In this document: piece by piece, positions 48,123 to 59,530 of the stretch
Position numbering within the stretch: position 1 is the stretch's first letter
Layout of the letters: each line of letters opens with the position of its first letter
Virus record (IMG/VR): IMGVR_UViG_3300049855_000348
Span: 156,490-220,489 of that record
Length of the DNA stretch: 64,000 nt
Strand: one strand, 5' to 3'
Position numbers and translations under genes: made by a program
Notes under the pieces: model-generated
What the model was told of the DNA's origin: nothing
The model's database searches: none
What the model saw: only the letters and a program-made list of their open reading frames with translations

Positions 48123-49820
48123 ATGCACCGCGTTGATCTGACCGACCTTGCCAGGATCTCTGAAGCTCACTACTCGGATGTCTTCGGTGCAGCGATGCGG
48201 CGGTTCCACGACAAGTACAAGGACGCCGGTCCCGAGTTCTTCGTGAATTTCAACCCGGTGGTCAGCGATCCCCGGGACAAGACCATCCTTGGCCAGCAGA
48301 GCGATATCCCGGCACCCAAGAGCGGGCCGGACGCTGGGCACCCCCTGTTCAAGAAACCCGACCACAGCGACCCGGTGGGCACCTACGTCTACCCTGCTGA
48401 GTACGTCGCCAACCACTGGCATGACCTCCAGTACGGGTCAGACATGGGCAACCTGCGGGTGCTCAAGGTCAACACCGATCCCGAACACACACTGATCCTC
48501 AGCGACATGACGCAGGATCAGTTCCTTGAGGCAATGAAACGCCTCAACCTGGAATTCCATGTCCGTGATCACGGCTGGATCTACACCCGGTCGAAGCGTG
48601 ATGCGATTGCGATCTATGAAGCGATCTTCGAGTGGGAGGCACCGTCGGCACCCCATCACCGGGTGAACTCCTACGGCAAGGTGCTCTTCAAGCTCATCCA
48701 GAACGACTACCGCTTCGAGCCCAACGTGCCCGAGGAGGATGAGGATGCCGATGAGGAGGAGGGCGAGAACTGGAATGCATTCATGGAAACTGGGTTGTCG
48801 AAAGACAGCAAATACTCCTCAGCCGGTGAGTTCAAATACGAAGGTCAATTGAAGGTCCAGCACGTCACTGAACTGACGCAGATCAAGCAGACTCGTCGTC
48901 TGTTGAAGGCCAAGTATGAAGTGGTCATCGACCGGGCCAAGACTCCGCTGGAGGCTACGATCTACCCGTCCGAGCCAGAGCAAGCCGTCTGCCTGACCAA
49001 GCGGTCCTACGAGGTGGTCGACACCTACAAGATTCAGAACGCTGCTCAGGGTGACCAGACCGTCAGACCAGAACGTCTCGACCGTGAGAAGCTGACCAAG
49101 AAGGCTGGGTGGTTGATCGCCAAGACCATGGGTGAGTCGATCACCGAGAACGTCAGCCATTTCTTCAACCGCGAAGGAGTCAACCAGCCCGGTCGAATCA
49201 GGAATCTCCACATCCTGCGGAACTGGATCTCCACCGAACGTGTTGAGCAGCACCCCATCTCGTCATGGGATCCCACTGGTCAGATGACGGCTATCGATGC
49301 CTGGGTAACCACCAAGGGCAACCTGATTGTGGTCGATACAGTTGTCGCCAGGGCCGAGACCGTCGCCGATCCACAGGCCAAAGCACGCACTCATCAGTCA
49401 GTCTCAAAGGCTCGCATCCGTCCCGGTGAGGATCAGCAGGCGATCACTGACAACCTCACCAGCTATGTCGACTCGGCGATGGACAAGTCTGAGCATCGCA
49501 AGTTCGGCGCTCACAACACCATCTCTTTTGCGATCGGTCTGGTCACCGCTGCGGCACAACCAACGTTCATCAGAACCAGGGCGAAAGAGAGCCTGTCAGA
49601 TCTGCCGGCGAAGGTTCAGGAGGCGTTGCACAAGAACAGCGCCACTGCACCCTTCAAGCGGATCACCAACGCTCTGTTGGAAGAGTTCGTGAAAGCAGCC
49701 AAGAAGAAGGTCGCTTTGGTCAAACCACACGCAGATTCAGCAGCGAGTACATCCGCTGGAAATCCTCCGACAGCCACACCAGCGGCACCGGGTGATACTT
49801 CGGCGCATCCAACACCATAA
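48123..49820 (+). CDS. Putative virion-packaged protein with an ART-like domain (paralogue B)
   Basis: KPDHSDPVGTYVYP...NLRVLKV...VVID.AK....I.Y.SEPEQA; N-terminal RISE. Confidence 0.7.
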   Translation: MHRVDLTDLARISEAHYSDVFGAAMRRFHDKYKDAGPEFFVNFNPVVSDPRDKTILGQQSDIPAPKSGPDAGHPLFKKPDHSDPVGTYVYPAEYVANHWHDLQYGSDMGNLRVLKVNTDPEHTLILSDMTQDQFLEAMKRLNLEFHVRDHGWIYTRSKRDAIAIYEAIFEWEAPSAPHHRVNSYGKVLFKLIQNDYRFEPNVPEEDEDADEEEGENWNAFMETGLSKDSKYSSAGEFKYEGQLKVQHVTELTQIKQTRRLLKAKYEVVIDRAKTPLEATIYPSEPEQAVCLTKRSYEVVDTYKIQNAAQGDQTVRPERLDREKLTKKAGWLIAKTMGESITENVSHFFNREGVNQPGRIRNLHILRNWISTERVEQHPISSWDPTGQMTAIDAWVTTKGNLIVVDTVVARAETVADPQAKARTHQSVSKARIRPGEDQQAITDNLTSYVDSAMDKSEHRKFGAHNTISFAIGLVTAAAQPTFIRTRAKESLSDLPAKVQEALHKNSATAPFKRITNALLEEFVKAAKKKVALVKPHADSAASTSAGNPPTATPAAPGDTSAHPTP

Positions 49821-52171
49821 AGCCGAGAGCATCGTTCCAACAGCCGGCGTAGAGGCACCAACGCTTGGCGCACTGGCTTTCAACGAGCCACCAGATGGCT
49901 GACATGCAGTTGTGACGAGCACAGGATGCAATGATCCGATCACGTGGATCCAATTCAGTGCTCAGACCGGTGAAGCCGTTCTGACCGGTGAGTAACTTTA
50001 CACCACCATCGACCATCAGGTGGTAGAAGATGTCGGCGATCTCTGCGCCTTCTGGTCCGTTCTCTTCGCAGTAGCCACGACGAGTCAGATACTCTTCGAT
50101 ATCTGGCTCTCGTTGCGCTTCTGTAAATCCAGGAAGATAGGCACCAAGGACGACGAGACTCATAGCGTCTAATTACGGTGCTGATGCTCGGCGAATAGTC
50201 GCAATTTTTCTTCCGCTTCTCGTTGCATTTTGACTGGGTACCACTTCAGACACTCCGAGCCGAATGACTCTGGCGGAGCCTCCCTGTTCAACCAGTCTTT
50301 GATGTCTTGGTAGTTGCGTGTGGTGTAGTGTGGATTGTTCAACACCTTCTCGTAATCGTTCTCGAAGCATGCCTGAAGAAAGAGATCCTGAGGGATCTGT
50401 CCGAACGCAATCCAGGCAGCGATCCAGTAGTGAAATTCTGGGAGGACCGGAGTCTTCTTCAGAGAATGGATGACGTGGTGGTATTTCACCGTTGGTGTAC
50501 CTTGACCAGATCATCGCGGAGCTTGAACAGTTCACGACGAACTTTGATGCTGGTCCAGAGCACCCACGCTTGAAGCGAGAGAAGGATGCTGGTGATCACC
50601 CATGTGATGGTTGCAAGCACTGGGTGATCATTGGTGAAGAAGGTGAGGCCACCGAGTGCCAACAGAACGGTGGGTGGGAGAGCCTTGATCGTTTCTTTGG
50701 TCACCTGCCAGAACGTTGGGCGCTTAGCTTCACGGATTTCTTTGAGAGCATCTTTGATCAGATTGGCGGCGTTGGTTGCCATGGCTTCTCTCAGTGGACG
50801 ATGGGGGTGACGACGCCAGCCTTCTTGGCTGCGGCCTTCTCTTCACGGGTCATGCGGCGGTAGGAGCCACAACCCGTGCGGACCAGGGTGGGCTTGTTGG
50901 GCAGCCACTTACGGATCTGGCTCTCGTAGTAGGTTTTCGGTGCATTGTGATTCCACGATGCGACACAGGTTCGCTTCTCCTTGTCAATCGTGTGAACCTT
51001 GATCGACCAGATGCCGAGCGTGCTGAGCTTAGTATTGCCCATCTTATACGAATGGCAGTCGTAGACGACGGAATTCTCTTTCAGGCTCTCGAACTTCATA
51101 GAGTCCTCAGTTTTCAGATGGGCTTGTTTGAGATTTCTTTCCTGGTTTCCCATTCTTGATATCTGGATTACAGGTGCAGATACCATTTGGTTTCAAACCT
51201 GGACAGTTGTCATCATGATAAACTGTGACGTGTGTAACAGATCCAGGTTTCAGTAAACCAGCCTTTATGATTTTTTCGATATAGGATTCTTTTGGTTTTT
51301 TACTCACAGTACCTCCAGCAGCGGGATATGGTTTTCGAGGGAGACACGGACCTTCACTGGTCCTTTGGCTTCTTGGTAGAGCTTGAGGAATGTCGCGGCG
51401 AGTCGAGTGGTGACCATGACATGGACACCACCAGCATTGTCGGGCAGCCATTGGTCGACCACATACGCAGCAGCTTTCGCAGCGGCCTTGCCGATATTTG
51501 GCCCTGGGGTGAGAGTTATGGTGAAGGGGGTCACGCCTCGACCCGTTTTGCCTTGGCATTAGACACGCCGTAGTCAACGCATGCCTGTTTGGCCTCGATC
51601 AGAGTTTTTCTGGTCGAATAGCTGGATCCGTTGATGGAAATCACCCAACCTTCTTTTTGCTTCTTGATCAGATATCGGTTCGATCCGATATCTGCACAGT
51701 AGTAAGCACCGTTCACGGTATCCCAATGCGCAGTCCACAGGAACCGTACCGGTGGGTTGAGCAGCTTCTCAGCGTTCGAGATAGCCGTGTGGAAGCCAGG
51801 AAATGCTGCTCCGTTGATATAGGCACGGTGCGAGAAGTTGACGAGTTCTTGCAGGACCTCTCTGGTTTTCTTGTTCATTTGAAGACGATCTCCAGAATGG
51901 TCGGCTTGGGAGTGTAGAGCGGCATCCGAATGGAACCGGGAACCTTTGGTGGGCACCCACCATTGAGTCCTGAGAACTCGGTCGCACACCTCTGTGTTGC
52001 GAGTTTCGGCATCCACAAAGTGACGCTCAGAATCACCACCTTGTGAGGAAGGGGAAAAGAGATCTTCCCCTTCCTGATGGTGCATTCCTTCGTGTGAGAT
52101 TTCATCTCAGGCAGCGAAGCGAGACTCGTGGATCCCTTGGGCAGGTAGTCGACCCGGCAGTGAACCTTCAT
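49720..52171 (-). other. Cluster of small early hypothetical ORFs (49720-50163, 50169-50489, 50486-50782 membrane, 50791-51099, 51107-51307 HDDxC..CxC, 51304-51534, 51531-51878, 51875-52171)
   Basis: Coupled minus-strand ORFs downstream of the 52818 promoter. Confidence 0.6.
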
Positions 52172-52785
52172 GCGTACCACGAGCAGTAGGTCTCGCGGCC
52201 ATCCCACAGGTGGGCGCTCTTGCCGTAGGTGTACTTGGCCGAGTTGCCGATGTGGAAGCTGTCCTGGCTGACCAAGGTGACTTCGATCACCTCGCCTCCG
52301 GTCGATTCGAGATCGGCGGTGACGTAGGCCGACATGCCCGAGCAGCCCTTGGTGATCTTGTAGCCGATGGGCTGGACCAAGAGCTTGGTGCGGCTCTTAC
52401 GACCGACGACCCTGAAGAAGTCGACGTTCGTCTGTTCCCAGCCCCACGAGTGGACGAAGATCGTGCCGTCGGCGTGCTTGCTGCTGTCGATCGCGGCCTT
52501 GGAGGCTTTCTTCTCAGCCTTGTAGGCGGCGACGCGGTTGGCGATGGCGTCGGCATCTTCGAGGAACTTGGTCACGAAGGCATCGCGCTGTTCGACCGTG
52601 CGGAAGTTGTGGAAGAAGTCGGCCTTGTTGCGCTTGCCAAGAAAACCCTTGGCCAGGATGACCTGCTTCCCGCCCCGATCTTCGATCCAGGCGTAGGCCA
52701 CGCCGTGACCCGTCTTCGAGTCGAGCTTGGTGGCGTTCTTGTCAGCCGAGGGGAGGAAGTATTCGCGGGTGAGGGTGATGGCCAT
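52168..52785 (-). CDS. Conserved phage early protein
   Basis: SWGWEQTNVDFFRVV motif; AAGGA RBS. Confidence 0.8.
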   Translation of the reverse strand: MAITLTREYFLPSADKNATKLDSKTGHGVAYAWIEDRGGKQVILAKGFLGKRNKADFFHNFRTVEQRDAFVTKFLEDADAIANRVAAYKAEKKASKAAIDSSKHADGTIFVHSWGWEQTNVDFFRVVGRKSRTKLLVQPIGYKITKGCSGMSAYVTADLESTGGEVIEVTLVSQDSFHIGNSAKYTYGKSAHLWDGRETYCSWYA

Positions 52786-52817
52786 GGGTTTGTCCTTTGC
52801 TGTGCTTTGACCAACGA

Positions 52818-52845
52818 AGTATAGCGACCTTTTGGTCGCTGTCAA
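52818..52845 (-). promoter_or_regulatory. Early promoter with perfect operator
   Basis: TTGACA-GCGACCAAAAGGTCGC-TATACT. Confidence 0.88.
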
Positions 52846-52849
52846 CTAC

Positions 52850-54124
52850 CTACTTTTCGAGGTCTGCGAGCAGCTTCTGACCATAGGCATGATCATTCTC
52901 GGCTTCGCGGATTCGATCGGTCACCTGGAGGTAGGTGGTCGATCCCAGCCCTTCCAGGGGCAGAACCTTGAGATTCGTATCCACGGCATGCTTCAGGCGG
53001 TGGAGGGCGGCATTCCAGGCCAGCATGTCGTCACGGGCCGGTCCCGGGCTGTAGGTCGGCAGAACCTGATCAGAGCGGGCCATTTCGTAAGAGATGAGGA
53101 TTTGAATCTCATACCGTAGGCGATCCGCCAGGGCCGGGCTGAAGTGACTGGTATCGAAGGAGGTCAGGAGTGGGCGGGTCATTTGTATGCTCGCTTTGAC
53201 TAAGTGGTCAAAAGATGGTTGATGTTGAGCGGTCTGGTAGCCTTGAAGGCTAGCTCGCCCCACTTGCGGCCACGTCCATCGATCTTGGCGTGAAACTGAC
53301 CACGCTTCATGATGACTGAGTAGGAGGCGATCTCCTCGTTGTTCGGGTTGAACAGGGCGACCGAGAAGAGGGAGTGGTCGACGTAGTATTCCTGTGCCAC
53401 AGGGGAGATCGGCAGGCCGATCTGCTGCACGATGTCGATCAGTTGGTTAGTGCTCCCACAGTCAAACCCCTGTTCGGGGTACTGCGGAACGTCATAGACC
53501 GGGGGAACCGGCAGACCGTCGTCGAGAACTTGGATGCTCATCAGACCCTCAGTTCTGGTAGTTGGCTTCAGCCTGGGCACGCAGGGCAGTGATTTCGTCG
53601 AGCGAGAGGCGACCGGCGAGGTAGAGCAGGTGGAGGACTTCGGAGGAGGAGTTGCCGCCACCGATCTCTTTGGTCTGGAGGAAGGTCGAGCGGAAGTCGC
53701 GCACCGGCTGGCTCAGAGCTTCGAGCAAGAGCTTCTGGAGTTCGAGCTTGGCCTTGGCGAACTTGCGTTCCCGGGTCGTTTCAGCGTTGTCGACCTCGTA
53801 CTGGGCATCCGGGGTGACCGTGGCCACATCGCCTTCCAGAACCTCGCGGGAGAGCGGGAAAGCCTCTCCGGTGGAGAAGGATGGGTTGGCATCGCTACCG
53901 CTGCCATCCAGGCGCAGTTCGGTGCGGAAGAGGGTGCCGGGCTTGACGTGCTCGGACTGGAAGTCGCGGGTGAGGTCGGTTTTGCCGAGGATGAAACGGG
54001 TACCAGCCTTGAGCACCGGGCGATTGAGCCAGCCTTCGCGCATGCGCTTATCGACCACCTCAGCGAAGGGGTTGGCGATGTCCTTGGTGAGGACGTGGGC
54101 GGTTTCGGTGTAGTGGTAGGTCAT
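52850..54124 (-). other. Three hypothetical ORFs (52850-53182, 53200-53541, 53549-54124)
   Basis: Operon under the 54149 promoter. Confidence 0.65.
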
Positions 54125-54148
54125 TCGTATCCTCGCTTCGATGAGCAG

Positions 54149-54176
54149 AGTATAGCGACCTTTTTGTCTAAGTCAA
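54149..54176 (-). promoter_or_regulatory. Early promoter with operator
   Basis: TTGACT-TAGACAAAAAGGTCGC-TATACT. Confidence 0.85.
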
Positions 54177-54428
54177 CACCTTCTCTATGTGGCCTGGGGT
54201 GTACCGCTTCCCACCCGGTGATGGCAGATCACGACCTGCGATCCAACGGGCACCGACCAACGCAGCGTTGAATCGGAGCCACGTCTTGATCTCCTGGTTG
54301 GTGAGGTTCATCTCCTCGAAGGCAGGTTCGGTCCCGAAGACCTTGTTGTGTGCCTGCAACAGTTCAGCGACGATCGACAGGAACTGTTGCTTCCGGGCGA
54401 TCTTTTCGGCTGTCAGTGGGGTGGGCAT
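54168..54428 (-). CDS. Hypothetical protein
   Basis: MPTPLTAEK...; stop codon lies within the next promoter. Confidence 0.6.
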   Translation of the reverse strand: MPTPLTAEKIARKQQFLSIVAELLQAHNKVFGTEPAFEEMNLTNQEIKTWLRFNAALVGARWIAGRDLPSPGGKRYTPGHIEKVLT

Positions 54429-54567
54429 CGTTTGATTTTCCGTGAATTGCGGCGGTGCAGGTGGTGAGGAAGTAGACAACAAGGATAATGGTCGCGCATT
54501 GTGCGACCTCCGAGACGGCGGTTGGCCAGTTCTTCGGGTTTTGACCGGATCCTCTTCGGTGGTGGAA

Positions 54568-55380
54568 TCAGGCATCATCTTTCTCCTGGGCTCGGACGAA
54601 CTTGAAGATCTTGGTGGCGATATTGGTGCCGGATTCTTTGAAGGTCTCCTCGGGCAGATCGAAGTCTCCAAAGGTCTCACAGAAATCACTGTGACAGATC
54701 TCCAGCAGGCGCTTGTAGGGATTGACATCCTTGTGCAGGAAGTTGGCCGGCACGATGGCTACCAGGACGCCACCCGGCCTGAGAAAGTCCAGCGCATGCA
54801 GGATGTGTTCGGCATCCTGACCGTTGGAGAACGGTGGGTTCATGACGATGCGGTCACAGGAACGACCGATGGTCGGCTCGAACTGGAGGAAGTCGCCATG
54901 GCGGGCCATCGGGTACTTCTTGCGGAGGATGGCGACGGCCTCGGGGTTGAATTCGATCATGTCGACTGTGTTTGCGGAATCGGTTCCGATTGCACGAAAG
55001 ATTGCATCGACCAGGGCACCTTCACCTGCTTCCGGTTCCATGATTCTCTGGCCAACCTTCAGATCGGCATGACGTACCAGGATGTCAGCCGCGAAGTCGG
55101 GCGTGTAGAACGACTGGAAGAGGTTCTTCTTGTTCACCACCTCACCGGTGCCCAAGGCTTCGTCCAGCACTTCGGTGATGGGTTTGTCGAAGACCGTGGC
55201 CTGCGCCGAACGGTTCCACTTCCCTCCCAGGAGTTCCAGGATCTTCGCGCATGCCTTGTAGACCTTGGGATCCAGCTTCTGCTCGATCTTGAGATGGTTA
55301 CGGTTCGGGCCGGTGATCACCGCATTGCGGAGGATCTTGGCGATGTCGGGATCGATTTTGACTTTGGTGCTGGCAGCCAT
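54568..55380 (-). CDS. N6-adenine (amino) DNA methyltransferase, orphan
   Basis: FYTP, motif I MEPEAGEGA, GDFL, motif IV MNPPF, LRPGGVLVAI, FKESGT. Confidence 0.88.
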   Translation of the reverse strand: MAASTKVKIDPDIAKILRNAVITGPNRNHLKIEQKLDPKVYKACAKILELLGGKWNRSAQATVFDKPITEVLDEALGTGEVVNKKNLFQSFYTPDFAADILVRHADLKVGQRIMEPEAGEGALVDAIFRAIGTDSANTVDMIEFNPEAVAILRKKYPMARHGDFLQFEPTIGRSCDRIVMNPPFSNGQDAEHILHALDFLRPGGVLVAIVPANFLHKDVNPYKRLLEICHSDFCETFGDFDLPEETFKESGTNIATKIFKFVRAQEKDDA

Positions 55381-55414
55381 GAGGTTCTCTGGGTTGGGTT
55401 GATTGATGAAGGAC

Positions 55415-56441
55415 TTATTTTCTCATGTGCGCCGACAGACCCCACCAGCAGAGCGCATCGCGGATGCGGAGGGCGTTCTCGATGTGGTGACGGCGGTTCT
55501 CGTTTTTCATCCTGGCCATCGCACGATGGACGATCAGAAAACGTGCCATGCCGAAGGCGTGGTCGAGGCCGACTGTGTAGCACTTGATCTTGATGTCGCA
55601 GTGATTGGTCGCACAGACGATCTTGCGACCGTGGTATGGCTCGAACCCAGCCGACCGATGCCGCTCGTCGATGCCTGCGGTGTAGATCTCACGCAGACGA
55701 TCTCCGGCAGCATGCTGGAGCGTGAAGCCAGCATCGGCTTCTAGGTGTGGGAAGAGGGTGGCGGTGGCGTTCATGCCGACCTCATGGGCCAGGGTTGGGG
55801 ATTCTCCGCCTTGGGCGGGAGCTTGCCGGCTGCGACGCAGTCGGGGCACACGTCGTACTCGGTGCGGTAGCGGGCGAACTTGTTGCGCTTGCCACGGATG
55901 GGAGCGGTCTCAACCGGTCCACAGGCGGCAAGGTAGCCCCGGGAGTCGTAGGAACCGCTTGGCCACTTGGTGACCACGACTTTGTTGGTGCAGCCTTCGC
56001 AATCGCATTTGCGATGTAGGATGCCGGTGTCTCGGTTCTCGATGATCATCATCCTTCTCCGACTTGAACGAGTTTGCGACGGTAGGTGGGCTTGCGCTTC
56101 TTCTTGGGCGGCGAGTAGCGGTAAGCGCGGCGTTCGTCGCCAAGACTGATCTGAGTGAGGTCGTAGGCGTCGGCGATGACCTGACGTTCAACGAGGTGGT
56201 GTTCCAGGCGGACGCTGCGACCGTTCTTGTGGGCAGGAACTTCCAGCGTTGGCCGGTAGTTGCCAGCGGCGTTCAGGACATCGGTCAGATCTGAGAAACC
56301 GGTATGAAATCCGACCAGACGATCGAGGACTTTCAGGGCGGCGAGGGCAGCAGCGAGGCGCTTGCGACCACCCGGGAACTTGGTGACCTTGTCACCCTCG
56401 ATGATCTGCACTTCGTTGACGGTCGTGTCGTTGTTGCTCAT
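55415..56441 (-). other. Three hypothetical ORFs (55415-55774, 55771-56052 Cys-rich, 56049-56441)
   Basis: ATGA-coupled; the first is leaderless from the 56448 promoter. Confidence 0.65.
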
Positions 56442-56447
56442 GCCGGG

Positions 56448-56475
56448 AGTATAGCGACCAATTTATCTAAGTCAA
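56448..56475 (-). promoter_or_regulatory. Early promoter with operator
   Basis: TTGACT-TAGATAAATTGGTCGC-TATACT-6 nt-ATG. Confidence 0.85.
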
Positions 56476-56478
56476 CAC

Positions 56479-58000
56479 CTACTTGGTCTCTTCGCGTTCC
56501 TTGGCAGCGGTGGCGATTTTTCCCATTTCACGCTGAACGGTTTGCAAGTTGTTCCCGTGGTGGGCTACTATCGCCATCGCGGTGGTATCTTCCCGCACAT
56601 AGTGACCAGCCAGACGAAGGTGCTCCTGAGCCGCTGCGATGTGACGCTGAGCGTCGCGGTACTCACGAGAGGTTAGTTGGTGGGCCATGGTGTTCTTTTC
56701 ATGTGAGAAGTTTCATTTCCCGCAAGGCGTTCTGAGCCGTGGTGTGCATCTCGAAACGAAGATCTGGATTTCCACGAACACGTTCAGATCGATGGTTGGA
56801 GATAGATCTCAGGGCTGCGATGGCGGTCTGTAGTTGCTTGGCCATGTCTTCGATGTCGATGAACTTCACGTAGCTGCCGTCGTTCATCGGTTCGAGATCA
56901 TAGCGTGGACCACCTTCGCAGTCGCCGACTCCGTAGCGTTGGAGAGCCATGAATTATTCCAGTTCGATCCAAATCGAGACATTCACTTCTGGCGTACCGC
57001 CAACGAGGTCGTTGTGATATTTTAGGACGTGTTCGTGTTCGACCTTACGGACGATGCCGTAGACCGGCCCTCTTTCTTCATGGTAACAAATGTGCTCGTC
57101 GATTTTCGGAATCGAGGCACCGGCTGGCCATGTGAGCATGGTCAGGATATCAGAGTCGTTTGGATTTTCCTTTTTGTAATGGTAGATGGCGATGGATTGA
57201 TTGCTGAGCATTGGTTCTTTCCTTACGAATGCTTACAAATTATCTACATACGACTGAAGCGCGTTGTCTCTCTGCTCTGCGGTGTCATATGGGCCATGCT
57301 TGTTGCACCACACTTCATCCCAGAACCAGAACTTGCCATCCTCTTTGAATCGAGGATCTGAGGAATCACCCTTTGCCTTCTTGGTCTCTTCGGCGTTGCG
57401 GTATTCCTTGAGTCCCTTCTCAGCCGCAGCACAGCGCATGCTGATGGCATTGATGCCATTGGTCAGATCACCACCGAAGGGACCGTTGGGATCTCCGAAG
57501 CCGCCGAGGGCTTGTCTGGCGCTGTCGATCTGTGCTCGCATACATTTGACGCAGCAGCCACAGGGGCCATCACCGTCTTCCATGCAGCCGACACCACGGA
57601 GCATGTCGATCTCTGCCTGTTTTTGCTCGTTGCCATGCCTGAGTTTTTGCAATTCTTCCTTGGTGAAGGCATTGACCTTGAGCAGGAAGAAATCAGGTAG
57701 GCCGGTGTCGACGTTGGGGACATCTGGATAACCAACGACCTTGGCGAAGTTGACCAACATGCACTTGCCCTGATAGAACAGTTCGTCGTACGCCTTCTCG
57801 GCGTCGGTGACCTGGGTGAAGTCATGCTCGTTGGCGACCATGAACATGGAGATCTTTTCGAGGAGTTTGAAGTCCTTCGCTCGTCCGATCTCCCCCATGC
57901 ATTCACGCAGTAGCTCGGATCCAGCCTTGATGCGTCCGAGCAGATGTCGGCTGTATTCTTGAAGTTTGGCGATCTCGTCAGCCTGTGTGGATTCTGTCAT
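56479..58000 (-). other. Hypothetical ORFs (56479-56688, 56699-56950, 56954-57211, 57233-58000)
   Basis: Tightly packed minus-strand ORFs. Confidence 0.65.
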
Positions 58001-58007
58001 GGGCTCC

Positions 58008-58035
58008 TAATTAGCGACCTTTTAGGTGCTATCAA
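58008..58035 (-). promoter_or_regulatory. Degenerate early promoter/operator
   Basis: TTGATA-GCACCTAAAAGGTCGC-TAATTA. Confidence 0.55.
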
Positions 58036-58038
58036 TCG

Positions 58039-59450
58039 TTATTTGATCGGTTTGATTGGATAGTGGGCGATCGGAATGATCGTGGCCACACGGCAGATGG
58101 TGCGCTTCGTTCCTGGTTTCAGGAAATACCAGCACACCGATCTGGTTCCGTTGTTGGCGATGGTGACCTGCCAACCCTTTTTTTGCAGTTGCGGTCTGAT
58201 GCGTAGCAGAATATCCAACACTGCCTCAGCCGTCGGTGTGAAGGTCGGCGTGGTCTTGGCCGCAAGTTGTTCCAGATCACGGATGGTTTTGATGTAGGTC
58301 ACGACTGCTCCGCGATGGTGTAGGTGAGGCTGTTGATGTTCTCGTATCCGGCTTTGGTGAGGGCGGCGAGGATCTTCTCCTGAGTTGATACCGAGAAGAC
58401 TTCAACGTCTGGATTCCAGTAGTCGCTGCCGGTCTCTCCAGCTTTCTTGCCATAGAAGGTGCAGAGAAAGGTGCGTTCCTTGGCCTCGAATTGTTCCAGC
58501 ATTCTCGCCACGTTGAAGTGGGTCATCCAGCACCAGCCGTTGACCCCGTCGATGAATGTCGTCGGGTAGATGCCGGTGCGAGGGCTGTGCGGCGAGATGA
58601 TAGATGCCAGGGCGTCTTCGTACTGGCCACAGAAGACCCCTGAGGGATCAGTAGGATCCACGATGCTCAGTAGGAACTCTCCATTGCTGTTGATCTGCAA
58701 CGGCTCCTTGAACTTCTTCTCGAAGCAGGCAGCGAGGTGACGCAACCCCTCGGCCAGCTTCTGTTCACGGGCGATGGCAACCTCGATAGGGCTGCCTTTG
58801 AAGTCATGGTGATGATAGGTCATCAGATCACTTTGAGGCTGAGGTGTAGGTGCGGCAGGTGTGCTCGCCATTGGCGCTGCGGCGTTCTTCGATGCGGGTG
58901 GTCACGGTGCGGAGCATGCCGTTCCACGTGGTGCGGACGGTCAGTTCCCAATCGATGGAGAACTTCCGATCCGGGCTGGTCTCGTTCCAATTGGCGATCT
59001 CACCCTTGGTACGCCACCGCTTGTCGTTGCCGTTGACCGCAAAGAGGGTCGGTCCCTCTTTGGACGCGCACATCTCGATGAACTGCTCGACGATGGTTGG
59101 ATCGGCTTCGACCTTCTTGCCACGGGCGCGGATCTGTTCAGCGGCGGTGGGCATTTGCAGCGTCTTCATTTGAAGATCCTCTCACCGGTGATGATGTCGA
59201 TGGCGTTGGGTCCGAGGTTGGCGCGGATCTCGCACAACTCCTCAGCACTGCGCACACGGGGCTGAGCCCGGTAGGCGGCGAGGAAGGCGTCGATCTCGGC
59301 ATCCAGGGCGGCCTTGTGCTTGACCCGGTCATAGCCAGCCGGCGCATTGGCGTCCAGGCAGTCCATGGGGACGCAGTGGTCGTTCTCGACCCAGCGGAGG
59401 ATACCCTTCTCATCGATCAGGGCTTCGGCGCGGTACGGGCTGTTGTTCAT
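58039..59450 (-). other. Hypothetical ORFs (58039-58302, 58299-58823, 58828-59169, 59166-59450)
   Basis: Coupled ORFs; the first is leaderless. Confidence 0.65.
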
Positions 59451-59456
59451 GCCCGA

Positions 59457-59484
59457 AGTATAGCGACCATTTTGTCGCTGTCAA
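59457..59484 (-). promoter_or_regulatory. Early promoter with operator
   Basis: TTGACA-GCGACAAAATGGTCGC-TATACT-6 nt-ATG. Confidence 0.88.
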
Positions 59485-59530
59485 CAACTGGTTGGTGGTA
59501 TTCGTCTGGTAGCCCCGATATACATAGAAC

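Noticed and set aside
48108-48422. Longer N-terminus of the lysozyme ORF given in the track
   Set aside because: Overlaps the divergent 48123 gene in antisense; ATG 48107 fits the shared hexamer
54442-55587. Long antisense ORFs (e.g. 54442-55587, 45280-46383, 41138-42112, 26434-27429)
   Set aside because: Shadows of well-supported genes on the opposite strand, expected with high GC at third codon positions
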